This document shows, in pieces, positions 30,357 to 41,237 of a stretch of DNA of 64,000 nt. This DNA is from Paracoccaceae bacterium. GTDB lineage: Bacteria > Pseudomonadota > Alphaproteobacteria > Rhodobacterales > Rhodobacteraceae. The position numbers and the translations under genes are program-made. Position 1 is the stretch's first letter. The number at the start of each line of letters is the position of its first letter. The stretch spans positions 6,760-70,759 of the forward strand of contig JBJLFU010000002.1 of NCBI GenBank assembly GCA_045565235.1. Direction: 5' to 3'. The notes beneath the pieces are model-generated. The model was not told the DNA's origin. It did no database searches and saw nothing but the letters and a program-made list of their open reading frames with translations.

Positions 30357-30842
30357 TTGAAAGTGTTTAACAATCCAGTTGAAAGTCCCATAGAGGAAGT
30401 ATTGGAAGGCTGGATTGACTACAATGGGCACATGAATGTTGCATACTATACTCTTGCTTTTGACCGTGCGATCGATTTTTTCTTAGAAGAAACATTAGGA
30501 ATTGGTCCGTCATATGTAAAACAAGTCAATCAGGGCCCATATTCGATACAGGCAAATTATTACTACTTACAAGAACTTAAAAAAGGCGATAAATTTAGGT
30601 CCAAAATATTTATAATTGATGCAGACAAAAAGAAAGTCCATATGGTTTTAGAAATGGTTAACGTAGCAATTGAAGAGAAAGTAGCCATCTGTGAGACCTT
30701 GCTAATTAATGTGGATCTTAATTTACGCAAGTCCACTCCTTATCCAGATTTGGCTCAGGATAAAATCTTAGAATATAAAAAGGCTTGTGAAGAATTTGTT
30801 TTTCCAAAAGAAGTAGGTAAACCAATTACCCTTAAAAAGTAG
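30357..30842 (+). CDS. Hotdog-fold acyl-CoA thioesterase (4HBT-like)
   Basis: 161 aa. The N-terminal region W.DYNGHMNVAYY matches the D..GH.N...Y catalytic segment of 4HBT/YbgC-type thioesterases. Start is TTG or GTG. Confidence 0.65.
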   Translation: MKVFNNPVESPIEEVLEGWIDYNGHMNVAYYTLAFDRAIDFFLEETLGIGPSYVKQVNQGPYSIQANYYYLQELKKGDKFRSKIFIIDADKKKVHMVLEMVNVAIEEKVAICETLLINVDLNLRKSTPYPDLAQDKILEYKKACEEFVFPKEVGKPITLKK

Positions 30843-30845
30843 TCT

Positions 30846-32648
30846 TTATAAAAGGGGGGAACAGGCTTTGAACAACCATGATTTTTCTTCTGGAGCAAGT
30901 TTATTTTCAAATTTGAGTTGTATCTTTCTGTGATAATTATTAATCCATTTAACTTCATCTATTGTTAGCAATTTCAGGAGCAATAGATTTTTATCTATAG
31001 GGCAAAAAGTTAGAGTTTCAAAACGGAGCATTGGCCTACTGTCAGCTTTTTTATTGGGTGAAGCTTTTTTAACAAGGAGTAAGTTCTCAATTCGTATGCC
31101 ATGACTATCAGCAACGTAAAAACCTGGTTCGTTAGAAATTATCATCCCTGCCTTTAGTTCGAATTCATTTTTCCTAGAAATGGCTGCAGGACCCTCATGT
31201 ACTGATAAAAACGAGCCTACGCCGTGGCCAGTCCCATGATCATAGTCTAGCCCTTCTTGCCATAGTGCATATCTTGCTATACTATCCAAATCTCTACCTG
31301 ATAAGCCGACGGGCCATGACATACGAGATATCGCAATCATTCCCTTTAAAACCAAAGTGAAGTGCTTCTTTTTTTTATTACTGCTTTTTCCAATTTGGAT
31401 GGTTCGAGTAATATCAGTAGTTCCTTGTAGATATTGACCACCACTATCTATTAAAAGGAGATCGTTATCTCCCAGTACTCTATTGGTTTTGGGACTTGCC
31501 TTGTAATGAATGATTGCCCCATTTGGCCCCGAGCCACATATAGTATCAAATGAAGTTCCTCTATATTTTTTTCCTAACATTCTAAACTTTTCCAATGATT
31601 TAATTATGGATAATTCATCTAGGCCGTGTTTTTTATTCTTTGATAGCCAGTTGAGAAATTTAACCATCGCTATCCCATCCTTAAGGTGCGCTAATCGGGA
31701 TCCTTTAATTTCGGTCGCATTCTTTATGGCTTTTAGTCTAGTACTTGGGTCTTCAGTATCATACCATGATGTCTTCCGTGATATTAGGTAATTTCTAATT
31801 GCAAAAGGGCAGCTTTTAGAATCAAACCAGATCTTTCCTCCCAGTTGTCTCAACCTATCCTTCAGGTTTTCAGTTGGGAAAAATTGTACCATTGGCCCTA
31901 ATTTTTTATCAAGTTCGCTAGTTATCTTTGCTTTATCTACATAAATTTCAATTTCAGAAGTATCCTTCTGTATTGCAAAAGCCTTAACTATGGGGGTGTT
32001 TGTAATATCATTACCCCTTATGTTTAACAGCCAACAAATTGAGTCAGGAAGAGTATATATAGCGAAAGCAGCTCTGGAACTTTTTATCATTTTAGCAGTA
32101 CGTTCCAATTTTGATTGATGGCTTTCCCCCGTATATTTTTCACTTAATTTGTAGGCATGACTAACAACCTCTTTAGGCTTATTTTTCCACAAGTGATCAA
32201 TTAAATTTACTGTTGGTTTAATTTTAAGATATCCTTTAAGTCCTAGTTCTAGGTTTTCGATTTCTTCACTAGTGTGTAGCCAAGGGTCGAAAGCTACAGT
32301 GCTGAATTTATTTAGACTTGATGTTAACCAATCCACTATTAATTTTTTTTCAAGTCTTTGGACCTTAATTTGTTTATTACTCTTTTCACTTTCAGCTTGG
32401 ATCCAATAACGACCATCTACAAATAAAGAGATATTTTTTAGGGTAATGATACATAAACCTGCAGAACCTGTGAAACCTGAAAGCCAAGTTAGTCTTGCGT
32501 CATTATCTGAAATAAATTCGCCTTGATGACGGTCAGCTCTTGGAACTAAAAATGCATCAACTTTTTCCTTGTGCATTAATTGCCTTAGTGCTTTTAGTTT
32601 GCCTACAGCTGTAATTTTAGAAGAAGTCCGAACTGAGTTTTGGTACAT
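30846..32648 (-). CDS. Xaa-Pro aminopeptidase (M24B, aminopeptidase P family)
   Basis: 600 aa with a creatinase-like N-domain and M24 metal-ligand motifs DSGGQY..GTTDITRT, HGTGHGVG..L.VHEGP, SNEPG.Y and GIRIEN. Confidence 0.88.
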   Translation of the reverse strand: MYQNSVRTSSKITAVGKLKALRQLMHKEKVDAFLVPRADRHQGEFISDNDARLTWLSGFTGSAGLCIITLKNISLFVDGRYWIQAESEKSNKQIKVQRLEKKLIVDWLTSSLNKFSTVAFDPWLHTSEEIENLELGLKGYLKIKPTVNLIDHLWKNKPKEVVSHAYKLSEKYTGESHQSKLERTAKMIKSSRAAFAIYTLPDSICWLLNIRGNDITNTPIVKAFAIQKDTSEIEIYVDKAKITSELDKKLGPMVQFFPTENLKDRLRQLGGKIWFDSKSCPFAIRNYLISRKTSWYDTEDPSTRLKAIKNATEIKGSRLAHLKDGIAMVKFLNWLSKNKKHGLDELSIIKSLEKFRMLGKKYRGTSFDTICGSGPNGAIIHYKASPKTNRVLGDNDLLLIDSGGQYLQGTTDITRTIQIGKSSNKKKKHFTLVLKGMIAISRMSWPVGLSGRDLDSIARYALWQEGLDYDHGTGHGVGSFLSVHEGPAAISRKNEFELKAGMIISNEPGFYVADSHGIRIENLLLVKKASPNKKADSRPMLRFETLTFCPIDKNLLLLKLLTIDEVKWINNYHRKIQLKFENKLAPEEKSWLFKACSPLL

Positions 32649-32671
32649 TTTGGTTATTTTTTTAACTTTGG

Positions 32672-34504
32672 TTAAGGACGTACTTTATTTTTTTGATCAA
32701 ATAAACTAGCTAGCTGCTCTGTCATAGCGCCAGCAAGTTGTTCAATGTCTGTAATTGTAATTGCGTTTTTGTAATACCTAGTCACATCGTGACCAATACC
32801 TATAGCGATGACCTCAATTAGATTTCTATTTTCAATCATTTCAATAACTCGTTTTAAGTGGTTTTCAAGGTAGTTTGATGGATTTACAGATAACGTGGAG
32901 TCATCAACAGGTGCCCCGTCAGATATAACCATAAGTATTTTTCTTGACTCTGATCTTTTTAATAGGCGTCTATGAGCCCATTCCAATGCTTCACCATCAA
33001 TATTTTCTTTTAAAAGGCCTTCTTTCATCATAAGTCCTAAATTCAGACGAACCCTTCTCAAGGGTACATCGGCTTGTTTATAAATCACATGTCGCAGATC
33101 ATTTAACCGGCCTGGGTTACTAGGCCTATCTTGATTTAACCAGTCCTCTCTTGATTTTCCTCCCTTCCAAGCTCTTGTTGTAAATCCAAGAATTTCACAT
33201 TTCACCTGACATCTTTCTAAAGTTGATGCAAGTATTTCTGCACAAATCGCCGCAATTGAGATAGGTCTACCCCTCATCGAGCCAGAGTTATCAATAAGTA
33301 GAGTAACTAGTGTATCCTTGAATTCAATCTTACTTTCCTGTTTGTATGTTAGGGGAGTGGTCGGATTTGTAATTATTCGAGCAAGCCTAGATGCATCTAA
33401 AAAACCTTCTTCTAAGTCGAATTTCCAAGACCGATTTTGTTGGGCTTGTAACCGCCGCTGTAGCTTATTTGCTAATCTTGAAACGGCTCCCTTAACCTGA
33501 TCCAGTTGTTGTTCAAGATATACACGTAATCTGGAAAGCTCTTCTTCGTCAGCCAGGTTTTCTGCCAAAACTTCTTCATCATAGGTTGGATTAAAAATTC
33601 TATAGCTAGGATCAGCATCTGATAGAAATTGGGGTTGGGATCTTTTGCTTGTATCGATGTCCTCCTGATTCTCTTCGTTGGAATCAACCTCAGTAACCTC
33701 CTCTTCAGTTGAAAGGTCATCAGATGTTGACAAATCTGAAATAGTATCTTCAGTTTCCTCTGGTCTCTCAGATTTACTTTCGTCTTCTTCATCTGGGTTG
33801 CTAGAATTACCATCATCATCTTGGTTACTATCATCTGGCTGTTTTTCAGAATCTTCAGGATCATCTCCCAACTGATCACCGTATCCAAGATTTTTTATAA
33901 TATTTCGACTGACTCTAGCAAATTTTTCTTGGTCATTGACCATAGTATTAATATCAATAAAACTATTGCCACTTTCTTCAGTGATGAAACTTTCCCAGGT
34001 TTCTAGTGCATGTTTGGCATTAGCAGGTAAATCTCTCTCATTTGTCAACTTCCGGACATAAATCCGCATAGCCTCAGGTAATGGAACTTTTTCTGAGACT
34101 GAACTATTTTGAATTAATTTTTTGCTTTCAGTATCAATCTTTAGATCGATGTTTTTGGATGCACCGGGATATGTTAATGCGCCAACTGCTTCGCATCTAG
34201 CTTTTTCCATCTCATTAAATAAAGATAAAGCGACATCGCCAACAGGAGAATATTTTTTAGCTATTTCTTTATTATGATATCTAAGGTGCATTGCAACAGA
34301 GTCTGCTTCTCCTCGTGCCAGAGCCATTTCATTTTGAGATATTTTACTAGAAATTCGAGATAATTGCACTTGGCTTTCACCTATATTAGCACTCTCGCTT
34401 TCGAACTTAATTTTCAAATCGTTTGCGCCAGAAATTGCTCTAGTGGCTTCACTCAATGCCTTTTTAATTGGTGAAGTAACAGATTTTTTTCTAATCATTC
34501 CCAT
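32672..34504 (-). CDS. cobT: CobT-like VWA-domain protein (partner of the CobS-like AAA+ ATPase)
   Basis: CobT-type architecture: N-terminal helical domain, long acidic low-complexity tract (about 33644..33868) and a C-terminal VWA domain with canonical MIDAS DNSGSM (33278..33292). The likely start is ATG at 34504 or 34498, overlapping the cobS stop by 14 or 8 nt. The longest-ORF start at 34558 is probably too far upstream. Confidence 0.85.
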   Translation of the reverse strand: MGMIRKKSVTSPIKKALSEATRAISGANDLKIKFESESANIGESQVQLSRISSKISQNEMALARGEADSVAMHLRYHNKEIAKKYSPVGDVALSLFNEMEKARCEAVGALTYPGASKNIDLKIDTESKKLIQNSSVSEKVPLPEAMRIYVRKLTNERDLPANAKHALETWESFITEESGNSFIDINTMVNDQEKFARVSRNIIKNLGYGDQLGDDPEDSEKQPDDSNQDDDGNSSNPDEEDESKSERPEETEDTISDLSTSDDLSTEEEVTEVDSNEENQEDIDTSKRSQPQFLSDADPSYRIFNPTYDEEVLAENLADEEELSRLRVYLEQQLDQVKGAVSRLANKLQRRLQAQQNRSWKFDLEEGFLDASRLARIITNPTTPLTYKQESKIEFKDTLVTLLIDNSGSMRGRPISIAAICAEILASTLERCQVKCEILGFTTRAWKGGKSREDWLNQDRPSNPGRLNDLRHVIYKQADVPLRRVRLNLGLMMKEGLLKENIDGEALEWAHRRLLKRSESRKILMVISDGAPVDDSTLSVNPSNYLENHLKRVIEMIENRNLIEVIAIGIGHDVTRYYKNAITITDIEQLAGAMTEQLASLFDQKNKVRP

Positions 34505-35480
34505 TTTCAATACTTTTTGTGGTACTGGAAAGTATACTCTCAGGAAGCTCTTCCTCAAAACATCGCTGAAAAAATTCTGCTACTGTTGGTCTTTCTAATT
34601 CATCGCATTTATTTAGAAACGTTACCCTAAATGAAAAGGCAAGGTCATTAAAAATTTCTAGATTCTGGGCCCAATTAATAACAGTTCTTGGGGACATTAA
34701 AGTAGAAATATCTCCACTAATGAAAGAGTTCCTTGTTAGATCAGCTACTGCTACCATTCGCTGTATTATTTTTTCACCTTCTTGATTTGCCATAGCTGGG
34801 ATTTTACTAATTACAATTTCTTTTTCCTGCTTTTGACTTAAGTAATTTAGGGTTGAAACGATCGACCATCGGTCCATCTGACCTTGATTAATTTGTTGTG
34901 TTCCATGGTAGAGTCCAGTCGTATCTCCCAGACCTACTGTATTAGAAGTTGCAAATAATCTAAAGTGCCTGTGCGGTTTGAGAATCTGGTTTTGATCTAA
35001 TAAAGTCAGCTTCCCATCGGCCTCCAGTACTCTTTGAATCACAAACATTACGTCTGGTCTACCAGCATCATATTCGTCAAATACTAAAGCACATGGATTT
35101 TGTAGAGCCCAAGGTAGTATGCCCTCTTGAAATTCAGTAACTTGTTTACCGTCCATCAACTTGATTACATCCTTACCAATTAAATCTATTCTACTTATAT
35201 GGCTGTCAAGATTAACTCGCACACATGGCCAATTCAACCTTGCTGCTACTTGCTCAATGTGGGTTGATTTGCCTGTCCCATGGTATCCTTGGATTATGAC
35301 ACGTCTATTATGTTGAAAGCCGGCTAGAATTGCCAGCGTAGTATTTTGATCAAATTTATAGGTACTATCTATTTCTGGAACTCGTTCAGAGGAGTCTTCA
35401 AAACCATAAACCAGCATACTACTGTTTATATTAAAGGTGGTTTCTAAATCTATTTCTTTTGTTGGTTTCGCTTGACTCAT
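34491..35480 (-). CDS. cobS: CobS-like MoxR-class AAA+ ATPase
   Basis: 329 aa. Walker [10 protein letters not shown], Walker B LVFDEYD and CobS-like N and C termini. Translationally coupled to the downstream CobT-like gene. Confidence 0.88.
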   Translation of the reverse strand: MSQAKPTKEIDLETTFNINSSMLVYGFEDSSERVPEIDSTYKFDQNTTLAILAGFQHNRRVIIQGYHGTGKSTHIEQVAARLNWPCVRVNLDSHISRIDLIGKDVIKLMDGKQVTEFQEGILPWALQNPCALVFDEYDAGRPDVMFVIQRVLEADGKLTLLDQNQILKPHRHFRLFATSNTVGLGDTTGLYHGTQQINQGQMDRWSIVSTLNYLSQKQEKEIVISKIPAMANQEGEKIIQRMVAVADLTRNSFISGDISTLMSPRTVINWAQNLEIFNDLAFSFRVTFLNKCDELERPTVAEFFQRCFEEELPESILSSTTKSIENGND

Positions 35481-35571
35481 TTTATCTTTCCTAAATTACT
35501 AAAATTTTATTTGATATGAAAGTAAGGGTTGGACCTTTTTTATAAGGTGTTGCCAATGCAATCTTTACGTC

Positions 35572-36225
35572 TTATTTTTCTTTAAAGCTTCGACTTGCTT
35601 TCAATTGATCCCAAGCCCACACCACTTCTGTTAACCGTTCTTCGTCATCTCTACTCCCGGAGTTTCTGTCTGGATGCAAATCTTTAACTAGTTCCTTATA
35701 AATCTTTCTCATTTCTGATTTGGACATGTTATCCGCCGCACCTAAAATTTCCAAAGCTTTCCTTTCACTCGCTGGCAACCTTTTGTCTATTTTTTTCTCT
35801 CTTACACCCAAAGCTTCAGAAGCTGAGGATAGTATTTCAAAGGGATCATTTAGTCCTAATCTAGCCCAAGCTTTCCCCTCTGGCTGAATCTCATTCTTGT
35901 CTGATCCATCACTAAAAGGAATAGTTTCCCGTTCCCACACTCTGTCAGCCCTAAATTGTTTATCCAGTTCTTCAGCAGAATGATCTTCAAAAAAGTTCCA
36001 CTTTTGATTATATTCTTTAACATGTTTTAAGCAGAACCAATGAAATTCATCAACATTTTTTGGAGATTTGGGAGCTCTATACTTTCCTGTCAACTCACAG
36101 TTGCTTGCTTCACATACCTTAGAAGAACGTTCAAAAGCACCACTAGAACCACGGTTCTTAGCTCTTCGCCTTTTATCTGCAGAAACAGAAATATCAAATC
36201 CAAATGGAGATCTTCTATTCATCAA
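35572..36225 (-). CDS. J-domain protein with N-terminal Cys/His-containing domain
   Basis: C-terminal J domain with an HPD motif (YKELVKDLHPDRN). The N-terminal region holds conserved Cys/His (CE.SNC......YRAPKS......WFCL.HV..YN..WNFF). Confidence 0.8.
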   Translation of the reverse strand: MMNRRSPFGFDISVSADKRRRAKNRGSSGAFERSSKVCEASNCELTGKYRAPKSPKNVDEFHWFCLKHVKEYNQKWNFFEDHSAEELDKQFRADRVWERETIPFSDGSDKNEIQPEGKAWARLGLNDPFEILSSASEALGVREKKIDKRLPASERKALEILGAADNMSKSEMRKIYKELVKDLHPDRNSGSRDDEERLTEVVWAWDQLKASRSFKEK

Positions 36226-36310
36226 TCATACCTATTTTAACAACCCTATCTTTACAGAATATTCTTTAAGCAATAAAGTTCAAACTGAACATTAAGAAAA
36301 GTGAGAAGAA

Positions 36311-36568
36311 ATGCAAGTCCGATTACTCATAATTAAGAAGTTGAAAGAAGCTTTCAATCCCTATGAGTTAGATGTAATTGATGAGAGTGACCAGCATGTA
36401 GGGCATGTAGGTTACAAACCTGAGGGGGAGACCCATTTCAAGGTAAAAATGAAAGCCAAAGTTTTTGATGGTATAACTAGACTAGACATGCAGCGCAAGG
36501 TTTTCAAAGCACTGGATAAAGAAATGGAGAATAGAATCCATGCACTGTCATTAGAACTCTCTAGCTAG
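36311..36568 (+). CDS. bolA: BolA-family protein
   Basis: 85 aa. The D.S..H.GH....G..THF.V......F.G......QR.V pattern and C-terminal IHALS are typical of BolA. Confidence 0.87.
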   Translation: MQVRLLIIKKLKEAFNPYELDVIDESDQHVGHVGYKPEGETHFKVKMKAKVFDGITRLDMQRKVFKALDKEMENRIHALSLELSS

Positions 36569-36895
36569 TTACTTCTTTAAGGCAGGCCCTAAACTAGGTA
36601 ATTTTTCTTTTGGAAATTTGATAGTGACATCTTGACTATAGGGTTCTTTTAAACTTTCAGGATTTTTTAATTTTCTAAAAAAAAGTAGCGATACAGTAAT
36701 TTCTTTTGCTGACCTGAAAAATGACTTTTTTATTGGAATTTTTATAGTTTTTACATCCAAAAATTCCCAATCTGCTTTAGCTTCAGTCTCTAATACTTTT
36801 TGAAGCAGTTCCGCACTTTTTGAACCAATAGATTTGGCATTAAGTAGTCTTCCACTTAACTTGGGTATAGGTTCGACTTTATAATCGTAGGTCAA
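36569..36895 (-). CDS. DUF4177-like small protein
   Basis: 108 aa. YDYKV.P.P, then DWEFL, then LLFFRK matches my recollection of the alphaproteobacterial DUF4177 pattern (YEYKVVPAP...GWEY...LVFRR). The stop abuts the bolA stop with zero spacer. Confidence 0.55.
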   Translation of the reverse strand: MTYDYKVEPIPKLSGRLLNAKSIGSKSAELLQKVLETEAKADWEFLDVKTIKIPIKKSFFRSAKEITVSLLFFRKLKNPESLKEPYSQDVTIKFPKEKLPSLGPALKK

Positions 36896-36904
36896 CTTTT
36901 TACC

Positions 36905-38422
36905 TTAAAGATGAGAATTTAATTTTTCTTTGACTAGCTCGTTGGCTAATTTTGGATTTGCTTTTCCGTTACTAGCCTTCATGATTTGGCCAACAAACCA
37001 CCCAATAACTTTTGGATTTGAGACAACTTTTTGAACTTGCTTAGGGTTATCAAGTATTATTTGGTCTATCAACTTTTCTATTTGACTGGTATCTGTGACT
37101 TGCTTCATCCCATGTTCTTCAATTAATTCCGAAGGAGACTTTTTCGAATCCCATGCAAGTTCAAATAGGTCTTTGGCCATTTTTGAGGATATCTCTCCTT
37201 CATCAAGAGGGGATAAAATCTCCTTGAAATGACTGGCAGATATTGGACTATCTTGAATTTTAAGGCCCTCTTTATTTAATCGGCCAAATAATTCATTTAT
37301 TATCCAGTTTGCTCCTAACTTACCATTACCATCTTTAACTACCTCTTCAAAAAAATCAGCACTATCCCTCTCAATTGTCAAGACCTCAGCATCATATTCT
37401 GTTATTCCAAATTTTTCGATAAACCGTTTCTTTTTTTCGTCTGGAAGCTCTGGTAAATTTTCTCGAATTTGCCTGATCCATTCTTTTTTAATTTCTAATG
37501 GAGGTAGATCGGGGCAAGGGAAATAACGATAATCATGAGCTTCTTCCTTAGATCGCATCGATTTGGTTTTTCCAGAGTCCGGATCATAAAGTCTTGTTTC
37601 TTGTATTATTTTATCACCATCTTCTAGAATTGCTACCTGTCTTTTGGCCTCATATTCTATAGCTTGTTGGATGAATTTCATTGAGTTCATATTCTTTATC
37701 TCGCAGCGGGTCCCTAGAATTGCCAGATCTTTTGTATTTGCATATTTTTCATATTCCCCATGACGACAAACAGAAACGTTTACATCAGCACGTAAGGATC
37801 CCTCTTGCATATTACCATCGCATGTATCTAAGTATTGAACAATCTGGCGTAATTTTCTTAGATAGGCAGCTGCTTCAATGGCACTTCTTATATCAGGCCT
37901 AGAAACAATTTCCATTAAGCCAATACCAGTTCTGTTTAAATCTATTAAGGAAAGATTTGGATCCATATCATGAATCGATTTACCAGCATCTTGTTCTATA
38001 TGTATTCTCTCAATGCCAACTCTGCGTACGACACTTGATCCCAAATCAACGTTAACCTCTCCTTCTCCAACTAAAGGGTAGTAGAGTTGGCTGATTTGGT
38101 AACCTTGGGGTAAATCTGGATAGAAGTAATTTTTTCTATCAAACTGCGAATACAAATTGATTTTTGCCTTTAGTCCCAAACCAGTTTTGATGGCTTGCTC
38201 CACGCAAAAGTTATTAAGTACTGGCAGCATGCCAGGCATTGCTGCATCTACAAGGCTAACATTTTCATTTGGCTCACTTCCAAAATTTGTTGACGCTTCT
38301 GAAAATAGTTTTGCTTTTGATTTTATTTGGGCATGGACTTCCATGCCTATTACTATTTCCCATTTTGAGGTAGTTCCTTCAATGATTTGTGGTGTGGGCT
38401 CTTTTTGTTCAGTATTTGTCAT
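36905..38422 (-). CDS. gatB: Glu/Asp-tRNA amidotransferase subunit B
   Basis: 505 aa with WE.VIG.EVH.Q, D....G.PG.LPV.N, R.....K.Y.YPDLP.GYQISQ, E.DAGK, R.K......YRYFP.PDL and a C-terminal GatB/YqeY domain. Confidence 0.96.
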   Translation of the reverse strand: MTNTEQKEPTPQIIEGTTSKWEIVIGMEVHAQIKSKAKLFSEASTNFGSEPNENVSLVDAAMPGMLPVLNNFCVEQAIKTGLGLKAKINLYSQFDRKNYFYPDLPQGYQISQLYYPLVGEGEVNVDLGSSVVRRVGIERIHIEQDAGKSIHDMDPNLSLIDLNRTGIGLMEIVSRPDIRSAIEAAAYLRKLRQIVQYLDTCDGNMQEGSLRADVNVSVCRHGEYEKYANTKDLAILGTRCEIKNMNSMKFIQQAIEYEAKRQVAILEDGDKIIQETRLYDPDSGKTKSMRSKEEAHDYRYFPCPDLPPLEIKKEWIRQIRENLPELPDEKKKRFIEKFGITEYDAEVLTIERDSADFFEEVVKDGNGKLGANWIINELFGRLNKEGLKIQDSPISASHFKEILSPLDEGEISSKMAKDLFELAWDSKKSPSELIEEHGMKQVTDTSQIEKLIDQIILDNPKQVQKVVSNPKVIGWFVGQIMKASNGKANPKLANELVKEKLNSHL

Positions 38423-38469
38423 AAATTAAACTTCTAAGATTTAATGGTTTCTGCTCATTAGTTTTTTAT

Positions 38470-41037
38470 CTATTGTAGCTTCAATAATCTACTAGAAATG
38501 TCTAGAGTATCTTTTGAGATATTATCTGAAAATCTGATCTTTTTCAAAGCAGATTTCATTACATCTTGTCTATCGGGCTCTAATCTATCAATAGTCTCAA
38601 ATGCCGTGCAGAGGCGGGCAGCCATTTGTGGGTTGATAGGATCAATCTTTTTTACCCAAGAAGCCACTAATTGATAGCCTTTACCTTCTTTTGAATGGAA
38701 ACATCTTGGATTGTTAAATGCAAATGCCGATATCAGACTACGTAGTCTATTTGGATTTTTCCATCTGAAAGCTGTGTGCATACTTAAGTGTTTCATTTTA
38801 CTGAATATTTCACCGTAAGGCGTGTGGATCGCTTGGATTGAAAACCATTTATCTATTAGATTATTGTTATCGCTCCATTTGTCATAAAAATAGGAGAGTG
38901 CGTCCGTACCGTTTCCCGTTTTAACTAATAATTTTAGGGAGTGTAATATTTCAGTCATATTTTTAGAATTTGAAAAGCAGAACTGACTTTCTTCAGCTTT
39001 GGTATCCAAGGCTGTTATAAAATCTAAATATCTATTTCTTAGGCTCCTTTTACCTGCATTGAACTTATCGAATTCGTTACTCTTCAAGCTAATTGATCCA
39101 TACCTATCCTCAAGATCATTTTTGAGCGAATCTGCCATCATCCTGTCTAGCTTTTCTTTTGCTGTTTCTATTTTTTCAGGATCAATAAATTTTTTCTTTT
39201 TAAGCAAGTATACGGTTAAATCTTCAGTGGAAGGCAATGCTAATAGTTTAGACAAAAAACCAGGGTCATTCTGGTTCTTTGCCAGTATATATTCTAGAAC
39301 TGTATCAATTTTGATTGGAGGTGGTCCCCCTTCTATTATTCTAGCTAAAATAGATAGGAAGATTTTTTGAGTAGCCTCCCAAACACAAAATGAATTTGAG
39401 TCACTTTTTAATATTGTAGCGTATTCATCCAAGCTACGATTCTGTTCCAGAATTATCGGAGCTGAAAAATCACCTAAAGTCACCGGTATTGGTTTTTGGT
39501 CAAAGCCTGAAAACATGAAATTTTGGGTTTTTTTATTTAAAACCATTAAGCTCTCATCTGTTAATTTATAACCATCCTTATCAATAAAAGAAATCTTGAT
39601 TGGGATAACTAAAGGCTTGGGTTCAATATTTTCAGCTTGTTGGGGTAAATCTTGGGTTAGCTTTAAGGTGTAGGTGCCTGACCGAAAATTTTCTTCCATC
39701 TTAATAGAGGGAGTTCCAGATTGGTCATACCATAGTGAAAATTGTTTCAAATCCCTACCAGTGCTATCTTCAAATACCGTTATCCATTCCTCTATGGTAC
39801 TTGCCTCGCCGTCGTGCCTTTCAAAATATAAATTCACTGCTTTTTTATATTCAATCTCTCCGACTAAAGAGTACAGCATTCTTATTATCTCAGCACCTTT
39901 TTCATAAACAGTGGCTGTATAGAAATTATTTATTTCAAGATATTTTTTGGGCCTAACGGCATGTCTCAAGGGACCTGAATCCTCTCGAAACTGTCGATTT
40001 TGCAACATAGCAACATCTTCTATCCTAACAACATGCTCGTTTTGCATTTTAGCTGAGAATTGTTGATCTCTAAAAACAGTAAGACCTTCTTTCAAACACA
40101 ATTGGAACCAGTCTCGGCAGGTTATTCTATTTCCAGTCCAATTGTGAAAATACTCATGTGCAATTATTCTCTCAATCATTTCAAAATCTGAATCGGTAGC
40201 TGTTTCTTCATCGGCTAAAATATATTTAGAATTAAATATATTGAGGCCTTTATTTTCCATAGCTCCCATATTGAAATCACTAATTGCCACAATCATAAAA
40301 CGATCTAGATCATATTCTCTTCCATATTCTTGTTCATCCCAATACATACTATGTTTTAAAGATACCATAGCGTGAGCACACTTTTTCTCATCTCCAGTCT
40401 CTACGTAGATTTGTAGAAGTACTTTCTTTCCTGACATTGTGATGAACTGGTCTTCTACTACTATAAGATTTCCAGCTACTAGGGCGAAAAGGTAGGATGG
40501 TTTTGGCCAGGGGTCTTCCCATTCAGCCCATCCAACCTTAGATCCTTTTAGGTTACCATTTGAAAGTAAGTATTCCTTATCGCCTTCTATTCGAACTCTA
40601 AATTTTGCTAATACGTCTGGTCTGTCCAGGTAGTAGGTTATTTTCCGAAACCCTTCAGGTTCACATTGGGTGCAATAAACTCCATTCGATAGATAAAGGC
40701 CTTCAAGTGATGTATTTTTCTCTGGATTGATTTCTGTGTGACATATTAATTCAAAGTTATCCCGCCCAAATGCCTCATAAGGTATTTTGAGTTGCTCTTT
40801 CGAAACCTTATATTGAGTTTTGTTCAACAACTTCCCATCGACTTTTACTGAGCTTAGTTTCAAGTCTCGACCATGCAAAATAAGGGGAGGCTTTGGATTG
40901 AATTTACCATTAAGTCTGATTTTGAGGACTGACTTAACTAAAGTAGCCTTTGGATCCAATTTAAATGAAAGTTCGACATGAGTGATGGTGTACTCAGGGG
41001 CGATATAATCAGACAGTAAAATCTCTTTTGGGTTCAT
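38470..41037 (-). CDS. pepN: Aminopeptidase N (M1 family)
   Basis: 855 aa with the GAMEN exopeptidase motif, the zinc site HEYFHNWTGNRITCRDWFQLCLKEG (HExxH-x18-E) and a PepN-type C-terminal domain. Confidence 0.95.
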   Translation of the reverse strand: MNPKEILLSDYIAPEYTITHVELSFKLDPKATLVKSVLKIRLNGKFNPKPPLILHGRDLKLSSVKVDGKLLNKTQYKVSKEQLKIPYEAFGRDNFELICHTEINPEKNTSLEGLYLSNGVYCTQCEPEGFRKITYYLDRPDVLAKFRVRIEGDKEYLLSNGNLKGSKVGWAEWEDPWPKPSYLFALVAGNLIVVEDQFITMSGKKVLLQIYVETGDEKKCAHAMVSLKHSMYWDEQEYGREYDLDRFMIVAISDFNMGAMENKGLNIFNSKYILADEETATDSDFEMIERIIAHEYFHNWTGNRITCRDWFQLCLKEGLTVFRDQQFSAKMQNEHVVRIEDVAMLQNRQFREDSGPLRHAVRPKKYLEINNFYTATVYEKGAEIIRMLYSLVGEIEYKKAVNLYFERHDGEASTIEEWITVFEDSTGRDLKQFSLWYDQSGTPSIKMEENFRSGTYTLKLTQDLPQQAENIEPKPLVIPIKISFIDKDGYKLTDESLMVLNKKTQNFMFSGFDQKPIPVTLGDFSAPIILEQNRSLDEYATILKSDSNSFCVWEATQKIFLSILARIIEGGPPPIKIDTVLEYILAKNQNDPGFLSKLLALPSTEDLTVYLLKKKKFIDPEKIETAKEKLDRMMADSLKNDLEDRYGSISLKSNEFDKFNAGKRSLRNRYLDFITALDTKAEESQFCFSNSKNMTEILHSLKLLVKTGNGTDALSYFYDKWSDNNNLIDKWFSIQAIHTPYGEIFSKMKHLSMHTAFRWKNPNRLRSLISAFAFNNPRCFHSKEGKGYQLVASWVKKIDPINPQMAARLCTAFETIDRLEPDRQDVMKSALKKIRFSDNISKDTLDISSRLLKLQ

Positions 41038-41237
41038 ATTTTATCCTTAATGTACGTCTTTTCTTAACTAATGAAAATTTACAAGTGTTTTTTTAAATAG
41101 TTTGCCTGGACTTTAGGCAATTTTTAACTTGTTTAAATAAGGTAGGAACAACTTTTTGTCTGCACTGAAAAGATACTGTATAGTAATTTGTGATAGTATT
41201 GGATTTATTAATTTGCCTATATGATTTAATTTAGAAG

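Noticed and set aside
33472-33888. Alternative-frame ORFs (33472..33888 minus strand, 33678..33875 plus strand, 33821..34006 plus strand) inside the CobT-like gene
   Set aside because: They lie in the repetitive GAT/GAA-rich acidic linker of CobT. Such low-complexity purine-rich tracts stay open in several frames by chance.
32672-35480. Reading cobS/cobT as evidence that this organism synthesises cobalamin
   Set aside because: No cobN or other cob/cbi gene is in the window, and CobS/CobT-like pairs occur in lineages lacking the pathway. The genes are annotated by family only, and the open question is listed as a finding.
2662-38422. gatCA and gatB are separated by about 32 kb, considered as a sign of rearrangement
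   Set aside because: A split gatCA / gatB arrangement is common in alphaproteobacteria. All three genes are intact.
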